A program made the position numbers and the translations under genes. From NCBI GenBank assembly GCA_963850795.1, contig CAWKNS010000043.1, positions 1,021-65,020 of the forward strand: a stretch of 64,000 nt of DNA, in the 5' to 3' direction. Below the pieces are notes generated by a model. It was not told the DNA's origin. It was given only the letters and a program-made list of their open reading frames with translations, and made no database searches. Of the stretch, positions 55,172 through 64,000 are shown piece after piece (the stretch's first letter is position 1; every line of letters starts with the position of its first letter). The DNA comes from an uncultured Acidobacteriota bacterium (GTDB lineage: Bacteria > Acidobacteriota > Terriglobia > Acidiferrales > UBA7541).

Positions 55172-55531
55172 ATGACCGGAGAATTTATAGGCCTCGTCGC
55201 TGTAATCCTCACCTGCGGCATCCCTGTCGCTGGCATGTACACCTATTATCAGGTTCGCAAACTCCGCAGCCAGGAACGCCTCGCCGCCATCGCGCGCGGC
55301 GTCGAAATCCCCATGGCCGCCGAACTCCCCGAGTCCGCCCGCTCCCGCCGCGCCGGCATCCTGCTCTGCGCCGGAGCCATCGGCTACATCATCACCTTCG
55401 GCTTAATCGCCCAAATCGCGCGCGACTCCGACACCTGGATCGCCGCCTCTTTCGGCATCATCCCCCTCGCCGTCGGCATCGGCTATTTCCTCGACTACAG
55501 CCTGATCCGCCGCGACGCCAGCGCCAGCTAG
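55172..55531 (+). CDS. DUF6249-like membrane protein
   Basis: TM, ERLAAIARG, then two TM (GIIPLAVGIGY); AAGGAG RBS. Confidence 0.75.
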   Translation: MTGEFIGLVAVILTCGIPVAGMYTYYQVRKLRSQERLAAIARGVEIPMAAELPESARSRRAGILLCAGAIGYIITFGLIAQIARDSDTWIAASFGIIPLAVGIGYFLDYSLIRRDASAS

Positions 55532-55568
55532 TCCGCTCGATCCTGTTCGTATTTTCGCGTTTGTCTAG

Positions 55569-55592
55569 GTGGGCGGGCCTCGGCCCGCCCAC
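55569..55592. terminator. GC-rich hairpin (terminator or REP-like)
   Basis: gtgggcgggcc-tc-ggcccgcccac. Confidence 0.55.
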
Positions 55593-55761
55593 TGCTGTTA
55601 TTGCGCATCAGCCGGGCTTATCTCGGCCCCGCGATGAAGTTTTTCGCTCAAGTTAGGGCAGACACCCTGTATGCCCTAACCATAAATACTTCTTTGCTTA
55701 TAACAACCCAGTTTCTTCACCCCAAATACTAAAATCCGAACATCCCAATGCGGCGGGTCTC

Positions 55762-58700
55762 GTGGAATTTTTCCCGTTCTTATTAATCGGGCTGTTCATT
55801 CTCTTCGGCCCATGGATTCTCGTATTGCGCGCGAGTCGCGACCGCAAACTCGAACGTGAGGAAGATCTTGACCGTTGGCGGGAACTTTCCCAGCGAGTCG
55901 TCGCGCTCGACGGTAAGGTTAAGGAACTTCAAAATCGTGCAGTGGGGCCCGTCGCGCCACCAGTCGACGCACAGCCTCCTGTTGCGCCGCGCGCGACGAA
56001 GACCGCAGCCAACCCCTGCACCATCGCCCGTCGCCCCTGCCATTCCTGCGAAACCGCCCATTCAGCAGCAACAACCCGCGCAGCCGCCAAAGAGTTCTCC
56101 CATCGTTTCGCCGACACCTCCCGCCGAACAACCGAAGCGCTCTCCTGCCGCCTCGCCAACACAGCCTCCCGGCGTGCGACCTCCTTCTCCCACGCCTGTT
56201 CGCCCGCCAACGTTCTCTCCCATCACCGAATCTTCCGCCTCGCCCGACCGCCCAACCCGGTCCTCGCACGATCTCGAAGAAATCCTCGGCACCAACTGGC
56301 TCAACAAACTCGGCATCGTCATCCTCGTTCTCGGCGTCGCCTTCTTCCTCGCCTATCAACTTAAGACGTTAGGCCCCGTCGGCAAGGTTTTGGTCGGATA
56401 CGTCGTCAGCGGCACCCTTCTCGGCGCTGGCGTCTGGATGGAACGCCACAATCGTTATCAGATTCTCGCGCGAACTGGCATCGGTGGCGGATGGGCGCTT
56501 CTGTTCTTCACGACTTACGCGATGTATCACGTCCCCGCCACGCAAGTTCTAAATTCACAGATCGTCGATCTGCTGCTCATGTTCGCGGTCGCCGCCGTCA
56601 TGGTGTGGCATACGCTGCGCTACCGCTCCCAAGTCGTCACCGGCTTGGCATTCCTTCTCGCTTCTCTCACCGTCACGATCAGCCATTCGAATGTTTACAG
56701 TTTGTCGGCTGGCGCGATCTTGGCTGCCGGTCTTAGTCGTCATCGTTGGTCGCATGCAGTGGTTCGAACTCGAAGTCGTCGGCATCCTCGCGAGCTATCT
56801 CAATCACTACCTATGGTTGCGCCCGATCATTGAACCGATGGAGGGCCATCACCGCCCGTTTCCGCAATTCGCCGCCAGTGCCGGAATACTCGTCCTCTAC
56901 TGGCTCATCTTTCGTCTCTCCTATCTTTTCCGAAAGCCCGACGACGAAAGAAAAGAGCACCTCTCAACAGCCGCCGCTTTGCTCAACACCTTGCTCCTCC
57001 TGCTGCTCTTCAAATATCAATCGGTCCATCCCGAATGGTCCTTCTGGGCGCTGCTGGCCATCGGTGCGATCGAAACCTCTCTCGGACAAATTCCCATCGC
57101 CAAGCGTCGCCGCTCCGCCGTCATCGTATTGACCACCATCGGCACCGTCTTGATGGTTGCAGCCTTCCCGTTCCGCTACTCAGGAACGCGCCTCTCGCTG
57201 TTCTGGATCGCCGAAGCGGAAGCTCTGCTCTTAATCGGAGTCTGGACTCGCGAAATTGTATTCCGCCGTTTGGGAGCCATCGCCGCCGTCCTCGCCGCAG
57301 GCCAAATGATTTCTTTCGACGCCGCCAGCGTGTACGGAGCGCGCTCGGACAATGCGTATCTCGCCAGCGAACCTCGCATCGCCATTCTTTTCGCCGTCGC
57401 CGGCGCAATCTTCTACGCAAACGCGCACTGGATCGCGCGCCGCTGGAGCGATCTGTTCGAATATGAAATCGACCAGACCGTCATGGCGCGCTTCTCTTAC
57501 CTCGGCGCCTTCATGGTTTTCACCGGCGCCTGGATTCTCTGCCCCGAAGCATCGACGGCAGTGGCGTGGGCTTCCCTAGGTTTGGCGCTCGCGCTCGCAG
57601 GTCGCCGCTGGAAAATCCTCGACCTCGGCTATCAGGCGAACTTCGTTGCGACGGCCGCGCTGTTTCGCACCGTCATCATCAACTATGAGATTACGAGCAA
57701 ATTTCATGGCGTCAGCGAAAGACTGCTTTCGATTTTGCTGGTCGCCGCTCTTCTCTACATCACGTCGCGCTGGAGTTGGCCCGAGGAGGACACGGAGCGG
57801 CTGACACTCGCCGATACTCCCTATTCCGTTCGCGCCGTAGTTGGCGGCGCCTACACCTGGGCAGCATCCTTCTTGCTAGCTCTGTTGGCGTGGTACGAAC
57901 TGCGGCCCGTCAGCGTAGCTGTCGCTTGGATGCTCGGCGGCCTCCTCTTGTTGGAGATCGGCCTAAGCCGAAAGTCTCTCCAGCTCCGTGTCCAGGCCTA
58001 CTTCGCACTCATCGCCGCGTTCTCACGCATCTGGTTCGTCAATCTCGACGCCTCCGGCATCCCCGGTGAAGTTAGCCCGCGCTTCTACACCGTCGTACCC
58101 CTCGTCCTCGCGTTCTACTACGCATATTGGAGGCTTCGAAACGCCCCCGACGAACTCACTCCGTCCGAGGGCAAGTATCGAGCCGCCGAATTCTGCTGCT
58201 GGCTCGGCACGATCTCCTTCGCTGCACTGGTCCGCTTCGAAATGCCAGCCGACTGGGTTGCCGCTGCTTGGGCCGCGCTCGCCCTAGCTTTACTTTTGAT
58301 CGCCTGGAGAAGTACTCAACGTCTCTTCCTGCATCAGGCGCTGCTCGTCGTCGCCGGAGTCTTGGCGCGCACGTGCTTGCACAATTTTTACGAGCGAAGT
58401 TATTTCCCCGCACCGGTCTGGCAGAGCCGCTGGGTCTGCGTCGGAACAACGGTCGCCTTGCTCCTCGTCGCCCTGCCCATCCTCTTTCAATTGCGAATCA
58501 AAGATTCGGCGGAACTGCCTTCAGCGCCCGTGCCTCGACTCCTCTCTCTCATGAATCGTCGCCCGGAACAGGTTTTCTTTTTCGCCGCTATCACTCTACT
58601 CACGGTTTTGCTCGGCTTGGAAATGCGCCACGGGATGGTCACGCTCGCCTGGGGTTTGGAAGGCTCGGCAATCTTTGTGCTGGCGATAAAAGAACGCAGC

Positions 58701-58877
58701 TTCCGTCTCACAGGACTTGGCTTGTTGTTGCTTTGCGTCGTCAAGATCATCGCGATCGATGTCTGGCGGCTCAATCCTCGCGACCGCTATCTCACTTTCA
58801 TCGTCCTGGGCGCCGCTCTCTTGCTGGTTTCATTCCTCTACACGCGCAATCGGGAAGCGATACGGCAATACATATGA
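55762..58877 (+). CDS. DUF2339 domain polytopic membrane protein; 2 frameshifts
   Basis: TM, coiled coil, Pro-rich linker, LEEILGTNWLNKLG, many TM, RYLTFIVLGAALLLVSFLY. Confidence 0.85.
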
Positions 58878-60577
58878 AGCGCTGGATAACACTAACGGCA
58901 ATTCTTGTTCTCGGCGTGGCCGCCATAGTCTTTGCGGAGCGTCGCAAGGTGGATTCCGAGGCGAGCGCTGCCGCGATTTTAAATCTCGTTGCCGACACCG
59001 AGCATGAACTCACCCGCATGCCGGTCCGTTTCACACGCATGTCCGATGGAGATGAAATTCGCGCCGGCAATGACCTCGCTAAAGGCTACTTCCCGGATCG
59101 CAACGAGAATCCTTCGGACGACTTCACGCGCATTCAGTCATACCTCAATCAAGTAGGCGCGCCGCTCGCACAACGGGCACACCGTAAACTTCCCTACAAA
59201 TTCCACTACATCTCCGACAAAAATTTCGTCAACGCGTTCGCCCTGCCCGGGGGACATGTCTTCGTAGGCGCAGGCATGCTCGCGCTGATGGACAGCGAAG
59301 ACGAACTCGCCGCCGTGCTCGGCCACGAGATCGAACACATCGATCACTATCACTGCGCCGAGCGCCTCCAGACTGAGCAAGCGATGCGCAAAATTCCGTT
59401 GGCCGAGTTAGTGACTCTTCCCGTCGCGATTTTCCAGGCGGGTTACAGCAAAGAGCAGGAGTTGGAAGCCGACCGTGAAGGCACGCGGCTCTCCGTCGAA
59501 GCAGGTTATTCCGCGACTGGCGCGATCCGCCTCTTCGAACGCTTTCAGCGTCTCTACGACGAGACTCACACGAAGGCCAAAACCCCGCAGGATGAAATCT
59601 CTCAAGTCGCGATCGACACGCTGGAAGGCTATTTCCGCTCGCATCCTCTGTCATCCGAACGTATCGCCCAAATCAACCAATTGATTGCCAGTTCGTCCTG
59701 GCCAAACCGACCGGAACGCGACTTGGTCATCGCCGACATTTTCTGGACCGAGAAAGCCGAGGAGGCCTTGCGCCAGGGCCAATATCCGCAAGCGCAGCAA
59801 TTGGCAGCGCAAGCTGCGAAGATCCATGCATATAGGAAGACTCTCGAGATATTGGCCCAGGCACAATTCCTTCAGGCCGATTTCACCGGTGCCGCAGCGA
59901 CTTACCGCAAAATTCTCGACGGAGATGTTTGGTCCCCCGATCTCGCCTACTCCTACGCTTGGTCGCTGGCCGCGTCGCATCAACAAGGCGCAGCAAATGA
60001 GTTTCAACGCTGGATCGCGTTACTGCCTGGCGATACGACATCGCTGCAAGTGCCGCGGGTTGGCCTTTTGTTGATCGCCGGAGATCCTGCTCCCGCTCGC
60101 CGCTCGGAGACGGACCTTCTCGCCCAAATTATTACGAGTAATTCGGGCCCAGAGCTTCTCTCCGACCTGAGTTGGTGGTGGTATTTGGCCAAAGACAATT
60201 CGAACGCCGCGAAGCTCCAGAAGGAAGCGATCCAGCGGCGCCCCGGCAACCTTCGCATGCTCATCCGCATGGCCTGGATCGACATCGACCAGGGGCGCTT
60301 GGCCGATGCCTTCGAAGCAATCGTGCGAGCGGACCAAATCGAAGTCGCCCACGAAGCAGTTTCCGAAAAAATGATGGCCGCCGCAGTGGAACGCTGGCAA
60401 GCTCACGAAACAGACACCGCTCTTCTCGGCTTCGACCGCGCAATCTCTCATCACCCGGAATGGACAAACCCTAATTGGGTCGCAAGCCTCTACTCTCCGC
60501 TCGTCGCTCAAAGCATCCAGCAGATGCAAGCCGAGAGCGATCGCCGGAAGAAGACCAAAGCGAAATCGGCCGGCTAG
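58874..60577 (+). CDS. M48 family metalloprotease with C-terminal TPR-like region
   Basis: ATGA overlap; VNAFALPGG, ELAAVLGHEIEH, ELEADREG, SHP. Confidence 0.92.
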   Translation: MKRWITLTAILVLGVAAIVFAERRKVDSEASAAAILNLVADTEHELTRMPVRFTRMSDGDEIRAGNDLAKGYFPDRNENPSDDFTRIQSYLNQVGAPLAQRAHRKLPYKFHYISDKNFVNAFALPGGHVFVGAGMLALMDSEDELAAVLGHEIEHIDHYHCAERLQTEQAMRKIPLAELVTLPVAIFQAGYSKEQELEADREGTRLSVEAGYSATGAIRLFERFQRLYDETHTKAKTPQDEISQVAIDTLEGYFRSHPLSSERIAQINQLIASSSWPNRPERDLVIADIFWTEKAEEALRQGQYPQAQQLAAQAAKIHAYRKTLEILAQAQFLQADFTGAAATYRKILDGDVWSPDLAYSYAWSLAASHQQGAANEFQRWIALLPGDTTSLQVPRVGLLLIAGDPAPARRSETDLLAQIITSNSGPELLSDLSWWWYLAKDNSNAAKLQKEAIQRRPGNLRMLIRMAWIDIDQGRLADAFEAIVRADQIEVAHEAVSEKMMAAAVERWQAHETDTALLGFDRAISHHPEWTNPNWVASLYSPLVAQSIQQMQAESDRRKKTKAKSAG

Positions 60578-60625
60578 CGCACTTCAAATCGGGAACCAAC
60601 CACTCACGGGGGGTGTCTATTGGGC

Positions 60626-61861
60626 GTGAGACTTCTCTTTGTTCTCAGACTCGCCTTGACTGTGTGCGTTGCAGCTATCCCTATCGGTCCAGCGTTTGCG
60701 TGTCAATGCTCTGCGACCTACTTCGATGCCAACCCTGGATGGGACGCGGCCAGGCTTGAGACTGACGGGTCGACAGCGATTTTTGAGGGCACACCGGAAC
60801 ACTTCGAACTGCTGTGGAGTGTCCTCAGTGCGAACGTTGGTGCGTGGATTCCCACGGAAAACTATAGTGCGTCCCGATCTCACCGACTCCCCAAAGATGC
60901 TTGTGACGTTTCGAGTACTCAGAACTTACAAAGGAGATTTGGGCCGGAAATAAGAATTGAAACCGGTCTAGGCGGAGGAGACTGTGGCGCGGTGTACGCG
61001 CCGGGTCTCACATATCTAATTTTCACGCGCAGTTCCCCTTCCGGGGTTCCCGGCGTCAGCATGTGCAGCCCGGGCGGCTGGATCGGAAATGCGCATCAAG
61101 CAGTCGAATTGCGTTACCTCAGGAAAGAGCGCCCAATCGCCAGTGATTTGAAGCCACCGCGTCGGTGGAACCCTAAACAGTACGCAGCGCAGCAGGAAGA
61201 AAGAAAGAGCGACTACGAAGAATACGAAAAGCGCTATTCGGCCGTGACAGGCGAAATTTGTGGAAAGGTCACTGCCGAAAACGCGAAAGGCGGCAACGCT
61301 GGGATCATTTCGTTTCTCTTCGCCGGAGGCTTCTCGCCGTATGCGGCACCCATGATGAACGTCGGCGCAGACGGTTCATTTTGTTCAGGGCGGCTTGGAC
61401 CGGGAAAATATTTCTTGTATTTCAATGGGCACACGGATGACGACCCGACTTACGCGGCTTACTATCCGGGGGTGGCAGGCAGAGAAGAAGCAGCGACGAT
61501 CGAGGTCCATGCCGGCGAAAACTTGTCGGGGATTACGTTCAACGTACCCACTCAGAAGACCTACTCGGTGCGAGGCATACTTTCAATCTACGACAGTGCG
61601 CGAACAGGCGACCATCGAACGTCCCTCGAGCTGGTAAGTTTGGATGCAGTCGCCTTCCCGATCATGCGACGCTTGAATATCGATTTCGAAGGCTCATCCG
61701 CTCTTCCGAAAATTAAGTATTTTCACTTCGAAAACGTGCCCCCAGGTCGCTACACGGCCTATGTCTCGATGCTCGGTAAAGAATGGCACACAAGGAAAAA
61801 AGAAATAGACGTAACCGATCACATGAAGTTCATTTCGCTCGAGTTGATGCATCAGAAGTAG
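60626..61861 (+). CDS. Secreted protein: TIMP/NTR-like N-domain plus carboxypeptidase-regulatory-like beta-sandwich repeats; compensating frameshifts near 60880-60945
   Basis: AFA|CQC, AIFEG, alternate-frame FRVLRTYKG, TGLGGGDCG, YLIF, MCS; LGPGKY, YYPG, VPPGRY. Confidence 0.7.
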   Translation: MRLLFVLRLALTVCVAAIPIGPAFACQCSATYFDANPGWDAARLETDGSTAIFEGTPEHFELLWSVLSANVGAWIPTENYSASRSHRLPKDACDVSSTQNLQRRFGPEIRIETGLGGGDCGAVYAPGLTYLIFTRSSPSGVPGVSMCSPGGWIGNAHQAVELRYLRKERPIASDLKPPRRWNPKQYAAQQEERKSDYEEYEKRYSAVTGEICGKVTAENAKGGNAGIISFLFAGGFSPYAAPMMNVGADGSFCSGRLGPGKYFLYFNGHTDDDPTYAAYYPGVAGREEAATIEVHAGENLSGITFNVPTQKTYSVRGILSIYDSARTGDHRTSLELVSLDAVAFPIMRRLNIDFEGSSALPKIKYFHFENVPPGRYTAYVSMLGKEWHTRKKEIDVTDHMKFISLELMHQK

Positions 61862-61936
61862 CGTTAGAAGAGTCGAGCGGCCTGAATCTAACCTTCTCAC
61901 CAGGACGCTCGAATCCGTGTGCTACCATAGCCCTTC

Positions 61937-62710
61937 ATGCATCCGGCAATTCCTCGCCTCATCGACCTCCAAACCATCGATCTGAAGATCGCCGAATTCC
62001 GCGCCCAACTCGAAGCTTTTCCGAAGCGAATCATGGCCCTCGATCACAAGCTGACCGACGCGCGCACGGCCGTCGCCTCCGCCAAAGAGGCTCAGGTCAA
62101 TTCGCTCAAAGAACGAAAGAAATTTGAGCTCGACGTCGAGCAATGGAAAGAACGCGCGCGCAAATATCGCGACCAGAGTGGCGCAGTCAAAACCAACGAA
62201 GCCTACAAAGCGCTCCAGCACGAAATCGCTAACGCCGAAGCCGAAGTCTCCAAGGCCGAAGATCGCCAGCTTGAACTCATGATGGGCAGCGAAGAGATCG
62301 ATGCTCGCTTTCGCCATGCCGACGCCGATCTGAAAGAAGCCGAAAAATCCGTCGCCGGCGACCGCAAGGAAGTCGAAGTCCAATACGGCGCAAAAAAGAA
62401 AGAGCTTGCCGCCGCGCTAGCCGAGCGCGAAAAAGCCGTCACGCCCATTCCCGAAGATATGCTCGTCCTCTACGACCGCGTCGCCAAACGCCACAACGGT
62501 CACGCGCTCGCACAGGTCAAAGACGGCCAGTGCAAAGGTTGCGGTCTGCGCGTCCTTCCGCACACGCTGCAACTGCTCACGCAGGATCACGACGACGAGG
62601 AAGTCTTCCGCTGCGAAAGCTGCGGCCTGATTTTGTATTCGCTCGAACCGCTGACTGCAATTAATACCGACTCTGCTCCGGGCAACGCCGCTTCTGCCAC
62701 AATTACCTGA
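61937..62710 (+). CDS. C4-type zinc-ribbon coiled-coil protein (DUF164/CT398-like)
   Basis: LQTIDLKI, long coiled coil, CKGC...CESCGLILY. Confidence 0.92.
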   Translation: MHPAIPRLIDLQTIDLKIAEFRAQLEAFPKRIMALDHKLTDARTAVASAKEAQVNSLKERKKFELDVEQWKERARKYRDQSGAVKTNEAYKALQHEIANAEAEVSKAEDRQLELMMGSEEIDARFRHADADLKEAEKSVAGDRKEVEVQYGAKKKELAAALAEREKAVTPIPEDMLVLYDRVAKRHNGHALAQVKDGQCKGCGLRVLPHTLQLLTQDHDDEEVFRCESCGLILYSLEPLTAINTDSAPGNAASATIT

Positions 62711-63428
62711 TGCCAAAACGCCCATCACCACCCGAAGGCGCACGCCTGTTCGGCGACGCCGCAACTGACTCGAAGCCTGCCGCGACGACTGGTACTGCTC
62801 CACACCGCGCTAACATCGACGGCGGCTCGCGTGGCAATCCTGGTCCCGCCGCATACGGCGTCGTTATCCGTGACCCGAAGGGCGAAATCGTCGCGCGCCT
62901 GAAAAAATTCATCGGCCGCATGACCAACAACGTCGCCGAGTACTACGGTTTGATCGCCGCGCTCGATTACGTCGAGTCGCAAGGCATTCGCGCCCTGCGT
63001 ATCGAGAGCGACTCCGAACTTCTCGTCAAACAGATGAAGGGGCTCTACAAAGTTCGCAGCGAGGAACTCGCGCCGCTTTTCGAGCGTGCAAAGAAAATGG
63101 CTCTGCGCTCGATTCCTTCCGCATCGATCACGTCTACCGCGAACACAACCGCGAAGCCGACGCTCTCGCCAACCAGGCCATGGACGAAGTCGAAGGCCCC
63201 GACGCAAAGCCCCGCGGCGAAAGAGGCAGCCCAAAGGTCGCCGCGCCAAGCGCAAACGCCGCATCGCCTGCGGTTACGCCAAAGGCGCAGCCACCATCTC
63301 AACTTCCCAGCGACGTCCGCAAAATCCGCGCCCGCTACCGCAGCGGCGTCCTCTACTTACTCGAAGATCTCGAAATGCCCGACGGCATCGAAATCGACAT
63401 CTTGCTAAAACTCCCCCGCAAATCCTGA
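62710..63428 (+). CDS. Ribonuclease HI family protein; frameshifted
   Basis: IDGGSRGNPGPAA, TNNVAEY, SDSELLVKQM, alternate-frame HVYREHNREADALAN. Confidence 0.9.
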
Positions 63429-63559
63429 CGGAGTCACGCCTTCACACGAAACGCTCCGCCATCACCCAGCATCACACCAAGAGGCGCGCCGCACCCCCGT
63501 CTCGGCAAACTCGATCCGCGACTTGTACCCGCGATCGCTTCCCAGATCGCGGGGTTTAG

Positions 63560-64000
63560 ATGCAACGAAACTCGGACCAACTCGACGTGCACCCAACTCG
63601 ACCCATCTCCGCGTCAGCTTCAACGCAACGCCACCGTAAGCTCTCCGTAATAAAAATATTCTCGCTAGTGATATTTCTCTTCATCGCAGGAATCACAACC
63701 GCCGACACCCTCTATTACCACCACATCTTCTTCGACAACAGCCTCGAACACGACGCCTACTTCTACAGCTCCGGCAACGCCTCCGCCCCCAGCTCTCTCA
63801 ATCTCATCCACGGCAAACTCCCCGTTGAAACAAAAGTTTTCTACACGCCTCCCAACGCCCTCCGCCTCGAATGGACCTCCGCCCGCACCGGCGGCTGGGA
63901 CGCCCGCATCGACGTGATGCGTTTCCGCGATCGCGAAATCAATTTCATCGGTGGCAATCTTTTCTTCTGGTGTTACTCGCCAGACGGTATCCCCGCCCGC
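63560..64000 (+). CDS. Secreted protein, probably glucoamylase-family/GH144-like N-terminus; runs off the window
   Basis: Open frame from ATG 63560: signal-like segment, then YYHHIFFDNS...FYTPPNALRLEW...GGW. Catalytic domain not visible. Confidence 0.55.
   Translation, partial: MQRNSDQLDVHPTRPISASASTQRHRKLSVIKIFSLVIFLFIAGITTADTLYYHHIFFDNSLEHDAYFYSSGNASAPSSLNLIHGKLPVETKVFYTPPNALRLEWTSARTGGWDARIDVMRFRDREINFIGGNLFFWCYSPDGIPAR

Noticed and set aside
71-63428. Frameshifts in about 20 genes as programmed recoding, phase variation or mass pseudogenisation
   Set aside because: They hit housekeeping and accessory genes alike, several lie in homopolymers (GGGG near 404, CCC in panB near 30940, the A-run in iorA), some compensate each other, and I saw no in-frame stops or other decay. 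Long-read indel error is the simplest explanation; read polishing would settle it.
63429-63560. RNase P RNA, which often lies near zinc-ribbon/RNase H genes
   Set aside because: Region is too short and lacks GAGGAAAGTCC; only a small hairpin is present.

Overview
High-GC bacterial chromosomal DNA. Gene content, repeat families and leaderless promoters suggest Acidobacteriota (inference). About 48 protein-coding genes; I found no rRNA, tRNA, CRISPR array or transposase. About 20 genes carry 1-4 frameshifts, several in homopolymers, which fits long-read indel error rather than real pseudogenes. Content: PQQ dehydrogenase, Fpg-like glycosylase, uricase, nagB with an SSS symporter, a stress cluster (SYLF, DUF3185, DUF1328, NarL-type regulator, CsbD), an Att-like ABC exporter with lipocalin, a carbohydrate cluster (SSS, GH13, CBM9), a BtuFCD-like ABC importer, bcp, gatB, panC/dinB/panB, hpnB, an amidohydrolase, IorAB-like oxidoreductase, a GH18-CE4-GT2 fusion, a decayed AbrB-PIN toxin-antitoxin pair, a CDF transporter, msrB, and exported zinc proteases (M1, TldD/TldE, M48) next to a TIMP-like protein. 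The most striking unexplained structure is strong G/C strand skew that flips sign in 10-20 kb blocks regardless of gene direction. More than 20 REP-like palindromes of several families are oriented in step with the local skew, and some are translated in frame inside proteins.
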